Assembly (NCBI GenBank): GCA_030167865.1
Contig: JALAGF010000153.1
Location: 1 to 64,000 of the forward strand
From: Craspedostauros australis
Taxonomy: Eukaryota
Length of the DNA: 64,000 bases
Direction of reading: 5' to 3'
Positions 38,101-49,625 of the stretch are shown piece by piece. The position numbers were made by a program, and so were the translations under genes. Positions within the stretch are counted from its first letter, which is position 1. The number at the start of each line of letters is the position of its first letter. Below the pieces are notes generated by a model. That model was not told the origin of the DNA and did no database searches. It saw only the letters and a list, made by a program, of their open reading frames with translations.

Positions 38101-40053
38101 GTAGAGGATGGGAATGTTGGTGTAGTACCGATCCAAAACCTTCTGCGACGGGTAGACGTTGATGGTGTAGGGACAGTGATCGAGGGAGAGCTTGACGTTG
38201 GTGAAGGAGAGGATGGAGCTGGCCTCCTGCTCCGACATGCGGAATTGCTCGCGGTACTTGTTGAAGTCGCTGTCATGCAGGTCGCCTTCGGCTAGGTAGA
38301 CCACGTCGGGTCCCTGCACTTCGAATGTGTAGGCCTGGTTGCACGGCGTGCCGCTCGTGAGGACGATACGGATACCGTCTGCCGTGTCGGGCAGGTCGCC
38401 GACCTGCATGTAGGCATCCCAATAGATAGAGGCTGATATCATACCCTTGAGTTCGCTGCCGTTGTGCAGGATGGGGAAGTAGATGGTGGAGCTGGGCGCG
38501 TTGATCGACTTGGTCGTGAGGGCCGTGTTGACCTCGTCGTTGAGAAATCGCGCTTTCGACACGACCATGGTGTTCGTCTTGGCCGCATGCTGGATGGCCG
38601 GGCCGAATTCCAGATCGGAGTAGATGTTGTAGTTGACGAAGGCAAAGTCGACGGGCGAGTGCTGCCACATGGGCATGTAGAAGTCGTGGGCATCGTCGGC
38701 CTCGTAGACGGGACCGCACATGTCGACCGTGTAGATGCGGCGCACGATACCGAGGGAAGCATCGACGCGCAGCTGCGTGGGATCGCATGGCAGAACGGCG
38801 GTGCTCTGGCCACCGTCTGTTGTCGTTGTCGCTGCTGCGTTGTCTGGCGACTGATCCAAACGACGACGACGACGTCCTCGTCGAGTGTTGCTGTCCTCAT
38901 CCTGCAGGATGTTGCCGAACTTCCAATCGGATTGGTTCGTCTCAATTTCGTACTGCATACCCTGCGGGATCCATCTGAGATGATTCTGCGTCGTGAATGC
39001 CTCGTACCGCAGACGATCGGCGTTCTTGACCAGCGGCAGTATCGTGAGGATGGTGAAACGTCCGATGTTGCGCACGGACGCCGCGCGCGCCGCAAAGTTG
39101 GGAATGAACTTGGTGGGCCAGGCGTTGTCGGGATCGTCGGTGGCGTCCAAACTGAGAGCGAAGGCGTCCATCGACGTGATGGCCTGGTACCAGTGCGTTG
39201 AGAAGGAGTCGACGATGGCGTTGGCGTGATCGAGGAACTGCAGCTCGAACTGATCCACCTCGCCTTGGCGGCTGCTCGTGAACATGGCGAAGCAGACGGC
39301 CAGGATGGAGATGAAGAGGACGGTGAAGGTGATGATGCGCACGCGCGAGACGTTCCTCGTGCTCTCCGTGTTGCCGTCCTCGTCGTCGGTGCTGTTGCTG
39401 CGCTGACGCGGCGTGCTGGCAGTGCTTGTGCCGTCGTCCTCGTCGTCGTCGTAGTCTTCATCATCGTAGTCCTCCTCCTCCTGCTCCTCGTCATTCCTGC
39501 CGTTGCTGCCGTTGTTGCCCTTGATGTTCTTGTTCTTGCGAAACGATTTGAATTGGGCGCTGACCTCGTTGATATCGTCAATCCTCTGCTTCGCATGGTT
39601 GTCATGGCTGCCATGGTTGGCATGGTTGGCATCTGAGGGATGGAAGAACTCGATCTGCGACTGATCATCATGGCCATGGCCATCATCGTCAGCTTCGTCA
39701 GCATCGTCATCATCGTCATCATCATGATCCGTGTGGTCGTACTCGCTGGCCATGGATGCCATGTCGTTGCCATGATCGCCAACGCCGTAGCCGATGCTGC
39801 TGGTGACGGACGCCATGTCGTCCTTGACGTGCAGCGACGATGACAGCGGCGATGGACGCGGAGGCGATTCGAAGCCTGGGAAGCCGCTGCGCTGTGACGA
39901 TGCCAGAGGGATGCGGAAGGACATGTCGTCCATGTCGTCGATATCGTCCATCATGCTGGCATCGTCGTCCATCCGCTTGTGGCTGTCGATGTTGTTCGCA
40001 GTCGCAGCTGCTGCCGCGGATCCGTCCTTCGTCTCCACTTCTTGAGGACTCAT
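35113..40053 (-). CDS. Second receptor-type class III cyclase-phosphodiesterase fusion, about 1564 aa; exons 40053-37157, 36910-35113
   Basis: Acidic N-terminus, TM, extracellular region (WPTKF...PMWQHSP...CPYTINVYPS), TM. Cyclase TVLFADIAGFT, KIETIGD, FGDTVNTASRMES; PDE FHNFSHASHV, HDVDHPGVSN, IQAADVAH. Phase-2 GTGAGT...CAG intron. Confidence 0.92.
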
Positions 40054-40063
40054 TCTCGGTGCC

Positions 40064-40106
40064 GACAATGATGAAGACAATGATGAAGACAATGATGAAG
40101 ACAATG
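40064..40106. repeat. 12-bp tandem repeat (GACAATGATGAA x3.5) immediately upstream of the second cyclase-PDE start
   Basis: Exact units at 40064, 40076 and 40088, partial unit at 40100. Confidence 0.9.
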
Positions 40107-41433
40107 GGAGTGGGCAAAAGGGTAAGGATGGGTATGGACTGTTGAGGACTGTTGTTGACTGTTGTGGTGGTTGGTTGGTTATGAGATACAGTGCCGCCTG
40201 TGCCCCTGCTTCTTCGCTGTGGATGAACTATGAGTGGCGCGACTGTTTCTACGATCTGCGGATGAGTGTGGAGGCAGAGAACCTGACGAGGGAAGGGAGG
40301 TGGTGGTGAAGTTTTTGCCGCCACCATGGGTCTCACTCACGCGCACAACTCACGTCACAGCGTCTATTTGCATTTCTCGTCTCCACGCACGAAACGGTCC
40401 GCACTTGTTTGCGCTTCGAGTGTCATGTCTGGCGACGCGTTTGTGACTTTGCTGCCCAATCTTTCGTGTTGTTCCATTCCTTTTCGGAACCATCACGTTA
40501 AACCACGTCGACTCAGTTTCTCCTTCTTACCCTTCGTTTCGGTCTTTTTCTCGAAGAGTATTTATTTGCCGTCGTTGTGGGAGCTTCGTGCGACGGTTCG
40601 CCTATGCCTGATGGGCTCGTGGGCGTTGACCCTTCTGTCACAGCGGCATTTCTTACTTTCACCACAGCTTCGCACCATCCGCGTTGCCTTCTGCGTGGCG
40701 GAAGGGCCAAACATGAACAGCTCGACTTCCAAGGACTTCCTCACCCATGCAACATGAGCAACACAGCGCATTTTCGACGGGAATGGAAGGGAAAATCCAC
40801 CTCAAAGGCCCAAGCGTTCCGTTCATGGGCGATTCCAAGGTCATTCCCATCGAGACTTGCGGAGAAAGTTTCCAATCGAGGCGTTAATTATTATGTCGAT
40901 GCGACATGGAACGTGCCAAACCGGAGAAACCCAATAGCATTTACCGTCAAAAGTAGCAATGCGACTTAGAAAGGTCTTATAAAGACGCTGATGAAGAGCT
41001 TTCAAAACAAAGTGACGCAATCCTCCATTGCACGATTGAAGTCAAACGTGGACAATATCATGTCGTGTTTCAATCCCGCAAAAAAACTTGTGACAAATGC
41101 GAGATGGTTTCAGGATATGCGGTAAATTATATTCAAATATTGAGATGTTGCCGTGCAAATGCTATTCAGCAACTGCAGTAAATATACATATTTGCCGCTA
41201 CGCTATGTTGGAGGCCAAACGCGCCTTCTTTGATGGAAACTGCACGACAAAATCCCAAACCAGCCACAACAAAGCCTGCTGCAGTGAAAAAAGTGGCACC
41301 TCTCCGCTTGTTGCGTCGTCCCACGAATCGCCAAGAGGAAAGTTGCGCTGGCAGAGTGGAGGGAACATCGGTGGAGACGTGCGTGCGAATACGCGTACAC
41401 TATTCTACGACTGCGAGGTTGCTTCCTCATAAC

Positions 41434-42363
41434 ATGAGGCGGAGATCGCAACGAATCTCCTCCATCATCATCGTCGCCACCATCTCCATCGCGACGAATT
41501 CTTCGACCCTCCCAACCGCTTCCTCTTTCGAAGTCTCGGTCACGCTCGTACGTGCATCCCACACACGAAGACCATCATCCGCCGTAGCCATGAAGTCCAC
41601 CCAATCTGCAAACGGCGCCACGATCGGAGATGCCCAGAGCCGCACGCACAGCGCCGATGCCGCCGACATCTCCAACGAGGATGAGGACGGCATGTGGGAC
41701 ATCGTCCCCACCAAAAAGAACCTCTTGAAGAATGAGAGGTCCACCTTGCAGAAGCAGCAGCAGCACCGAGGGGGTGACGCGCAACATGCCAAGCAATTCG
41801 CGACTGACCTCGCATCGAGCATCGAGACCGTCGAGCCGACGCAAGAAAACATCGCCTTCAAACCATTCATGGTCATGATGTGCGGTCTGCCAGGTTCCGG
41901 CAAATCCACGTTGGCCCGCGCCTTGGTGCAGACCATGCCCTTCAAGTTCGTTCGCATCAACCAGGACGAGCTCGGCAACCGCCGGGCATGCGAAGCCATG
42001 TGCCGCCAGACCATCCACGATGGCAAGTGCCCCATCATCGATCGTTGCAATTTTGATCTGAAGCAACGCCAGAAGTGGATCGACATCGCGCGTGCCGAAT
42101 TTCCAAACGCGACCGCAGCCAAGTCCAGAATTTACGTCGTGCAGTTCGATCTTCCCGACACCGTCTGCGTGCAACGGTGCAAGACGCGCGGTGAGCATGA
42201 GACCATCCAACCGCGGCAAGCGCAAAGGATCGTCGGGATGGTGAAGAAGGACTTGCGGTTTCCGTCGTCGAAGGAGAAGAGGAATTACCGACAGGTCTAT
42301 AATGTCCAAGACGCGACGGATCTTCAGAATGCGCTGTCCACCATCGCTAATCACATGGATTGA
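41434..42363 (+). CDS. P-loop kinase (AAA_33 / polynucleotide-kinase-like) with a putative plastid presequence (309 aa)
   Basis: MMCGLPGSGKST, RINQDELG, IIDRCNF, CVQRCKTRGEHETI. First in-frame ATG at 41434; N-terminus IIIVATISIA...TASS-F. Confidence 0.8.
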   Translation: MRRRSQRISSIIIVATISIATNSSTLPTASSFEVSVTLVRASHTRRPSSAVAMKSTQSANGATIGDAQSRTHSADAADISNEDEDGMWDIVPTKKNLLKNERSTLQKQQQHRGGDAQHAKQFATDLASSIETVEPTQENIAFKPFMVMMCGLPGSGKSTLARALVQTMPFKFVRINQDELGNRRACEAMCRQTIHDGKCPIIDRCNFDLKQRQKWIDIARAEFPNATAAKSRIYVVQFDLPDTVCVQRCKTRGEHETIQPRQAQRIVGMVKKDLRFPSSKEKRNYRQVYNVQDATDLQNALSTIANHMD

Positions 42364-43111
42364 TCAAACGATGTCCAACGTATAATACGTACTCGCCGGA
42401 CATACCTGTAACTTCAGAAACAACAACGCGCTGATGCAGGTGCCGTCGTTCCTCTTCACGTCTACGTGGTTATCCGCGCTTCGCCAAACATGGCTTCTCA
42501 TAGGGCTCCACAACACAAACACAAAATTACTCTTTAAGAGGAGCGCCCCATTCCACGAGGATGCGATAGCGACAGAAGACCACCAATACATACTCAAGAG
42601 CGTTGGCGCACAGCTACCCACCGATAAACACAACGCTCACGTTAATCTAATCAATCTTCAACATACATCAACATCGTGATTGCTGACGCGCGGCCCAACT
42701 AACTCGAATTAGCCAAGGTAAGGCGAACTGAGGTGGCACCATTCGGCTGAAACCGCAATTCGACTCTTTCTCAAAGCACTGATGCAACTCACAAGCTCCA
42801 TGCATCTTCCGCGCTTCGTCGTCGCAATCGTGCGAGTACATAAATGTACATGTGCTGCTTCTGCTCTTACACACATATGCAATGGTACTCTTGGTATCGC
42901 TATCTATTATATAATATTATTTATCGTATCACATGGCACGAGCAGCCATCACAAAACTCAGCAACGCGATTTCTGTCTGCTGTAGTCGTCCTGTGACTTC
43001 ACTTCATGCAATTGTCCTCGTTGCCCTTTTGTATGTATGGTGCGGACGGATGGTGCCCGAGCCCATCTTTATCTTCGTCGACTCTACCACAGCCTGCCCT
43101 CTGGGCGGTCG

Positions 43112-44881
43112 CTATGGAGATTCCCGTTGCCGAGACGGCGACTTGCTAGGTAACGGCGTATCCCAGCAAAAGCCAACCTTGTTCAGCAGCTCGATGCGAC
43201 CGGCCGTGAGCGACGAACCCTGCCCGCTTTTCAGCAACCGGAACTTACGTCGCTGATCCTTCACCCACGTTCCAAGAGAGGGATCGTCGGCGTACTTCGA
43301 TGGAACGTTGCAATGTCCCATTTGAGCCTGATAGGCCACCAGATCGCGGTAGTGCCGCTCCCACGTGATCTCATGAGAATCCCAAACGAAGCCCAAACCT
43401 TCCAGCTTTTGCTGCCGTTCGTCCGTCAAAGTGGACCGTCTCCCATCAATCTTGAGCTTGTACTGGCACCTCTGTCGCTTCATCCAGCGTGCCAACGCCT
43501 TGTCCTGCCTCGTCTCCACTTGGCAATGTCCATACTTTTGCTTGTATTGTGTGAGCTGCTCGAAGCGGGTTGCCCACATATCGGCCTGGTACTTGCGGAA
43601 CTGCACGCCTTGGCGCGATGGTGTCGAGGCGGATCCCGTGGCAGCCGGGACCGATGCCGTCCCAGAGCCCGCCGACATGTTCGTTGCGACCGACGTGCTC
43701 GAGAGGTTGGACGTGTTGGACTTGGAGGATGCGACGGAGGATAACGAAGGCGGGAGGACGAGCTTTTGCTTGTTGGCGGGTGGTGAGTGCGATGCGACTG
43801 GAGCGCTGTTTATCGGTGCCTGCAAGAAGTCCCTCCTCTGAGACAGATCATTGTGCGGCATCGCATACTCGGGATCCACCGAGCTTGAGAACCGAGGCGA
43901 TGATGTCGGCGCAAAGGTGGCCGGTGCTTGTGGGAACATGATTGAGTCCTCGCTGCTCCCTGATATGTGCTGCAGGTCTTGTTGCATCGCCTTGCGGTCT
44001 TCCTCTTCTCGGTATTGCTGTTGCTGTTGGATCGTTGGATACGCGGGTGCGTTGCGATGTATCAATTGGAATGGGTCTGGATATGAGTTGGCTGGCTGAT
44101 GCGTGTCGCCGAGCAACAACCCCATGCGGCTCGGCGATAGAAGTCGCACCCCTTCATCGTCAAGTTGCTCCCTCTGTGCAGGATGTCGCGCAACGCCGTG
44201 CACATGCCGCATCGATCCCGAATCAAAGCCCGCAAAACCGGCTGGGGCCGTGCTTGCAAGAATTGATCGCTGGCCTTGCACTTGTGGAGTCGACGATGAC
44301 GGCTCTGGTTGCGGCTGCAATTGATGCTGTATATTCTGAAAGAAGACTGAATCCAAAAAAGAAGCGACTTCCGTTCTCGTGCGAGACGCCTGGAATGTGT
44401 CAGTTGGCAGCACCTTGTTCACTACGCGGAGAGGTGCCCCACGCAGGGGCATGGGCTCATGGGGTGGCGTGTTCAGCTGTGGTTGCAGCTGCGGCTGTTG
44501 TTGCGAATGGTGCTGTTGATAGGGTTGGCCTGGTGGAAGCTTTTGAAATCGTTGGAATTGCTGGTGCTGGAACGGCTCGCCTTGATTCAATGCACCAGGA
44601 AGCAGCAGTTGGTCCATCGAGTCACTTTCACGATTCATGTGAATAGCCTCGTGTCTGTGGTGTGCGCCGCCGCTGCTGCCACTGCTGCTGCTGATGGCCA
44701 TACCGGAACCGTCACCGTGACGGGTACTGCGCCCGCCGCCGCGGCGGCTCCTTCTCTTGACTCCTCTCTCATCGCTGGCCTTTTCGCCTGTGGCGCTGCC
44801 GTCCTGAAAGGAGACATATCGCTGCCGCCCTTCTTCTTCTTCGTCCCCGTCCGCCTTGTTATGCTTGAATGTGTTGTGCAT
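43112..44881 (-). CDS. Low-complexity protein with two C-terminal helicase-associated (HA) domains, putative DNA-binding regulator (589 aa)
   Basis: Two repeats of W..R/H...L..Y....GHC.V...L..W...QR...LT..R...L..LGF.WD; Q/S/P-rich N-terminus; first in-frame ATG at 44881. Confidence 0.85.
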   Translation of the reverse strand: MHNTFKHNKADGDEEEEGRQRYVSFQDGSATGEKASDERGVKRRSRRGGGRSTRHGDGSGMAISSSSGSSGGAHHRHEAIHMNRESDSMDQLLLPGALNQGEPFQHQQFQRFQKLPPGQPYQQHHSQQQPQLQPQLNTPPHEPMPLRGAPLRVVNKVLPTDTFQASRTRTEVASFLDSVFFQNIQHQLQPQPEPSSSTPQVQGQRSILASTAPAGFAGFDSGSMRHVHGVARHPAQREQLDDEGVRLLSPSRMGLLLGDTHQPANSYPDPFQLIHRNAPAYPTIQQQQQYREEEDRKAMQQDLQHISGSSEDSIMFPQAPATFAPTSSPRFSSSVDPEYAMPHNDLSQRRDFLQAPINSAPVASHSPPANKQKLVLPPSLSSVASSKSNTSNLSSTSVATNMSAGSGTASVPAATGSASTPSRQGVQFRKYQADMWATRFEQLTQYKQKYGHCQVETRQDKALARWMKRQRCQYKLKIDGRRSTLTDERQQKLEGLGFVWDSHEITWERHYRDLVAYQAQMGHCNVPSKYADDPSLGTWVKDQRRKFRLLKSGQGSSLTAGRIELLNKVGFCWDTPLPSKSPSRQRESP

Positions 44882-47220
44882 TGGTGCCTTCCCGTCAACC
44901 AAATGATGCGAAAATGGCCAGCTATTTGGGGAGAGCGGCGGCGGCGCGGATGGTTGTGGTGACGCTGATGACAGCAACGACAACGTCAACGATGACGGTG
45001 GTGGCAATGAGAACCGTGTCCGACTGCGTCACGGGGCAATGATGGGCAGAAGAAAGACGCGGAGGAGTGATTCTCTTTCTGCAGATTTCGTGAGCCTTGA
45101 CGGTTGGTGAGATGGATGCGGTCGATGCAGTTGATGTGGTTGATGTAGTTGGTGTGATTGATGCAATTGACGCACTTGATGCTTGTCGTTTCTTCGAATT
45201 GTGTGGTTGGTTGTCGGCCTCAACAAACAGACGAATTGGCAACAGCAATACGATGCCTCGTCGCAAGGATGTCGACGATGTTCCTCCCGCTGTGGGTAGT
45301 CTTGTGAATGCTGACGCTGAGGTTGCCTTCTCCTTCGACGTGGTCGTGCTGAATCGATGTGTCGTGTCGTGCCGCGTTGTGTCGTGTTTTGGTGGTGTTG
45401 AATTGCTGTGTGAAAAAGAAGCGGATTGTGTTCTGTTCCAAACACCTGCGGTGCAAAGAGAGGTTCTGGTCCTGGTGGTGGTCTCAGTATTAGTGGTGGT
45501 CTCAGTGGTGTTTCTGCTTTGCTATTCGTGAAAAGAATGAGGCTTCGATGATGGCGATGGTCTTCAGCGACCCATCAGAGACTGTAGTGTTCGCCCAACT
45601 GCCTCGTCGCTTGTGACACTATGTATTCAATGATTGCACGATCACCCAATCGGTTGGGTGTGCCGAAGTGATGCTGGGTGATTGAAATGATTGATAATAG
45701 CAAAGTCGAGCCAATTGAGGGCTGCAGGTGCGGAGGCGAATGAATCTTGCCAACGAGGAGCGGAGGCACGCTCTCGTGAGACCTCCCTGATGTTGCAGCG
45801 ATGTTCCCCTTGTCCACCTCTGCTGTGGGTGGTGCTGAGGTGTTGCCGCAGTGACGGTTGGTCATGGAGCAGAATGAATGTGTGTTTTTGTGGCCACGCC
45901 AGACAAGGGCGAAGGAGCCAAAAACCAGGGTGGTTGCCACCACTCGAAGTTCGCAGAAATTGAAGCGTCGACATGCCACAACAGAACATGTTCGCTTTCT
46001 CCCTTCCCACTTGTACGACTCGACCTTCATCGGAAGGGCATGCACCACCTCAGAATGTGTGACATTCTGCGTTTTCTGTACTTAGTGGATAAACTGTGAT
46101 GGGGTTCTCTCGTCCCATTCCATGCATCTTGAATCGAACGCTGACAGAGCCAAGACGAAGGCAGGTGTTACTCCACGACGGATATTTATGTGTCATAGTT
46201 CTACCAATATCTTCCACCGAGAATGCAGAAGCTCCTCCCACCTACGAGCAACAGATACCACTGAGTACAAGACAGAATTCCGTTTAACAAGAGGAGAGTC
46301 TTTCCTGCTGTTGGCGTTGGTAGCTGCAGATTCAGCCGCGGCCACGATCCTGTACCTTCGCGCAGAACGACCCCGCCTCTCTCTCTCGCTCGCCCTGCAG
46401 AGCACCGTGTGCTGCTCTGCTCTATTTCAATCTTCCTCGTATGCAGTAGGATGACTTTAAGTTTACTCGCTGCTTTGCTTCTCTGCAAGTACGTACTCCG
46501 CACACCACGCACATGAAGACGTGGACACAGAAACAGGCAAGTTTCCTGGCTGAATCAGTTCCTTTCCTCCTTGGTTGGATCGTTGTCGCGGCATTTCTGT
46601 CCTGTTTGATCGCGGAAGGGACCGAGCACACTAAAAATGCTATCTTGGTGCAATATATAATGCGCAATGTTCTCGCATGGTAGGCGGACACATAGGACGA
46701 GCAGAGTAGATCAAGTACAAGAGAATCGGAATGGGGGCGGGCCACCAATCGTGTGGTCGGCTGGCTGCCGGCGAGTTTGCTTCTTTTCCGCTCTGCTTGC
46801 TGAATCAAACGCGCGAAGACTATGGACCGCTATGCCCGCTTCGAGCCGTGCAGACGCAACGCATTGCCACCACCACAGCATGTGCGAGCACTGGTATAGG
46901 CTGCAGTCTCGAGCCCGTGTGCCAAACCACAACGCGCAAACCCAGAAATTGCAACATGGTGATTCTGCAGAACACTCTTTTGTCCGAGGAATGGTCATGC
47001 ACTTATCAATACGTGAACTGGACACGGAAATTTGTGTTCTCTTCGATGGTTCTCCTTGTAAAACGGCGATTCAACAAGTCACAAGTGACGGTGTGAACCT
47101 GAGCCACTTTTTTAGGCTTTCCGTAACAGTTGTGCATTCCGTTGACACTTCGCCGTAAGCACCACGTGCACCACCAGGAGAGTAGGGCACGCATTCACAG
47201 AAGTACGAATACTCCGTTCG

Positions 47221-47593
47221 GAAACACCATCCCAATAATAGTGCTTGTGAGCGCATTCGCGCCGATGTGGTTATTGTTTTTCTGCCCCTTGTGGTCCAAG
47301 TAGCTACCAACCTCACGGTGTGAACATCAGCAACGACGATGCCAAGCTTCGAAATGTCTTTTTTGTTCCTCGCTGTGATGCGACGCTGTGCCATCATCAA
47401 CAAGCGGTACAACCATGGATGCTGACCGGTAGCATCCCACAGCATACCATGCGCACATGCATGCACTCTCGTCATGCCACGATGGAATCCGCGTAGGGTC
47501 GAAGAGGCTTGCGCTGTGTGCCTCTCCGCCACCATGGCAAAGAATGTAAGCCGATGGTGTTGCTGCTGGCGATGCTGCTGCTCGTGGTCGCAC
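47221..47593 (-). pseudogene. Possible decayed DUF6824-family fragment
   Basis: VPLVDDG...HFEAWHRR followed by a stop, then RGRK and NNNHIGAN in adjacent frames, resembling the GRG...H.GN motif with a frameshift. By eye only. Confidence 0.2.
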
Positions 47594-49625
47594 GCACTAC
47601 TGGTATTCTAGATACAGCTGCACGTGTGCCTGTGGGGGAAGGCGTAACGCGAGGGCAATTGGCGAAAGTTGCCGATCAACGAGTGCCTCCACCGCCTCCA
47701 CGCCCCTTGCAGACCCTTTCCGAAACACCTTATCATACCTTGGAGCACCTTCTCCATTCTCCTCGTCCCTTTGGGGGGAGGGTTGCGCACTGGCAGCAAC
47801 AAGCCAAACAATCGTTCCCCCCTGGTTTCGGCGATTGTCTGTGCCCATGAGCTTGCTGGTTGCGGGTTGCTCCATGGTTGCCGCAGACTGTTTTATCGCT
47901 TTCGCCAAGGCAGACACAGTGCGGTGTGCTAGTCACGGCGCAGAAACAGCAATGGCGCCCAAGGAATGCGTCCTTCTGTATTTAAATGGTGTGGACCCGT
48001 CGCGCAAGGACTATGGTTGTGGAGTTGCCCTCGGCATGTTCGTTGCCTGGAGGACAGAAATCGGCAGAAAACGGGATACTTCACTCTGCGCTCCGCCCTA
48101 CATTCTACTTTGGTTACGCCGTGTCTTTACTCCGCCTTCTCGTGCCTGACGATGTGACAAAGTTAAATGGGCGCGTGACGATACCTCCGGCGGTTCCATC
48201 GTCGATGCCCTTGTTCGTTTGTGCCTTCCGCTTCCGTGTCTGATTGTGCTTTGTTTGTGTGTTTCTGATTTATCCATTGCGAAGCTTCCACCCCGCGCCC
48301 CCACAATTTGTATGCGCTGTTTGAGCGCAATACTCGTGCTTGTACGTATAAGACGAGCCTGTGTTGGGTGTCCGATACGCAACACGAAACATTGGCGGAA
48401 GTACCTGGCTTGTGCTCTTGGCGACTCTCTGCGCGGCACGGGCATGTGCTCGTGCGCGACGACGTTCCAATTGCAACGTCCGGCAATACAACCTTCTCCA
48501 TCGTATTCTGTTCTGCCCAACGCCCTTCGTGTCAGGCAAACAACTTGCTTTTTCGGGTACTGCGGTGGTGGATGGCCAAGGGTGGCGCCGATACGCGTCG
48601 TTCACATCCTGACAGGACCACGTAGTGTATTGATAGCACTGCAAGTTTATGCTGTTTGTGACGTTGCGGGCGGCCACGTGAAGCAGCAAAGCGAGCCACG
48701 CGACTCGCTTCGTCTTTTCTTTCTCTCGCCATCCGCCTTGCCTGATACATGGACGTGCCAAGACCTTACGGATCCTTTCTCACGGACACAGAAAGACAGA
48801 GTGAAGCGCCATCGAGGTCGCATTCCCCAGCTTGCATTCTTTTGCCCTGCACACGGCGCAGTTCCGGGCAGGAATGTGAAGAGCAGGATCATCTTCGGTT
48901 TCAGTTTGTCCCTGTGCCAATGTGCGAATGCATGTCTGCATGAAGTTGATGACGAACGTTCCAACATGGATCAGAGAGTACGAAGGCAGCGAAGTCCGCG
49001 CTTCTCTCACCTTTCTTGCGGCTCTCCACCATCACAAGCTGCCTGTGATGACAGACCTCCACGCCGACGGAATGTCATGGAAAACCTGTCGGAGGTTGTT
49101 CGGGAATTGTCAACTCCCTGGACTTCCCCGTTCGTGTTTTTCGCTCTCCTGGGAGAAATATCCACAGTGCCGGTGTGATCTGACTGTGTGCAGAATACTA
49201 ATACGGGAATCGGCTGCTGTGAATGCCATTCGGTTCACACCAGGCGGAGAAATGTCATTCTCCACACACCAAGTGACGCACGACCTGCTTCTCGACCTCG
49301 TCATGACAGAGGTACAAGTGGTAAGATGCACAAACACCTCTTCTGACAGAATTTGGCGCCAAAACACTTCTGGAATACTGAAGTAGTGTTAGTGTTTTGG
49401 AAAACTGAGAAGCGAAACATTGATCGACGCAGTGCCTTCACCGAAATTACATGAACTCCTTTTGATCATTGCACCGCAGCCAGCCGACCCCTCGATCCAT
49501 GACAGAAACGCATTCACGAAGCACACATCGGGAGAGGTGAGCCATCAATCACCCACGATAACGATCACTTCCTCTGTCACTCAAGCCTTTCTACGTACTT
49601 GTCCTCGTAGAGTACTCAGTTCACC

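Noticed and set aside
43112-44881. HA-domain gene as a helicase or mobile-element gene
   Set aside because: No helicase motifs are present; stand-alone HA-repeat proteins are a common expanded family in diatoms
48219-49178. 319-aa ORF in the intergenic gap
   Set aside because: Non-ATG start, Cys/Arg-rich random-looking composition, no motifs and no evident codon bias
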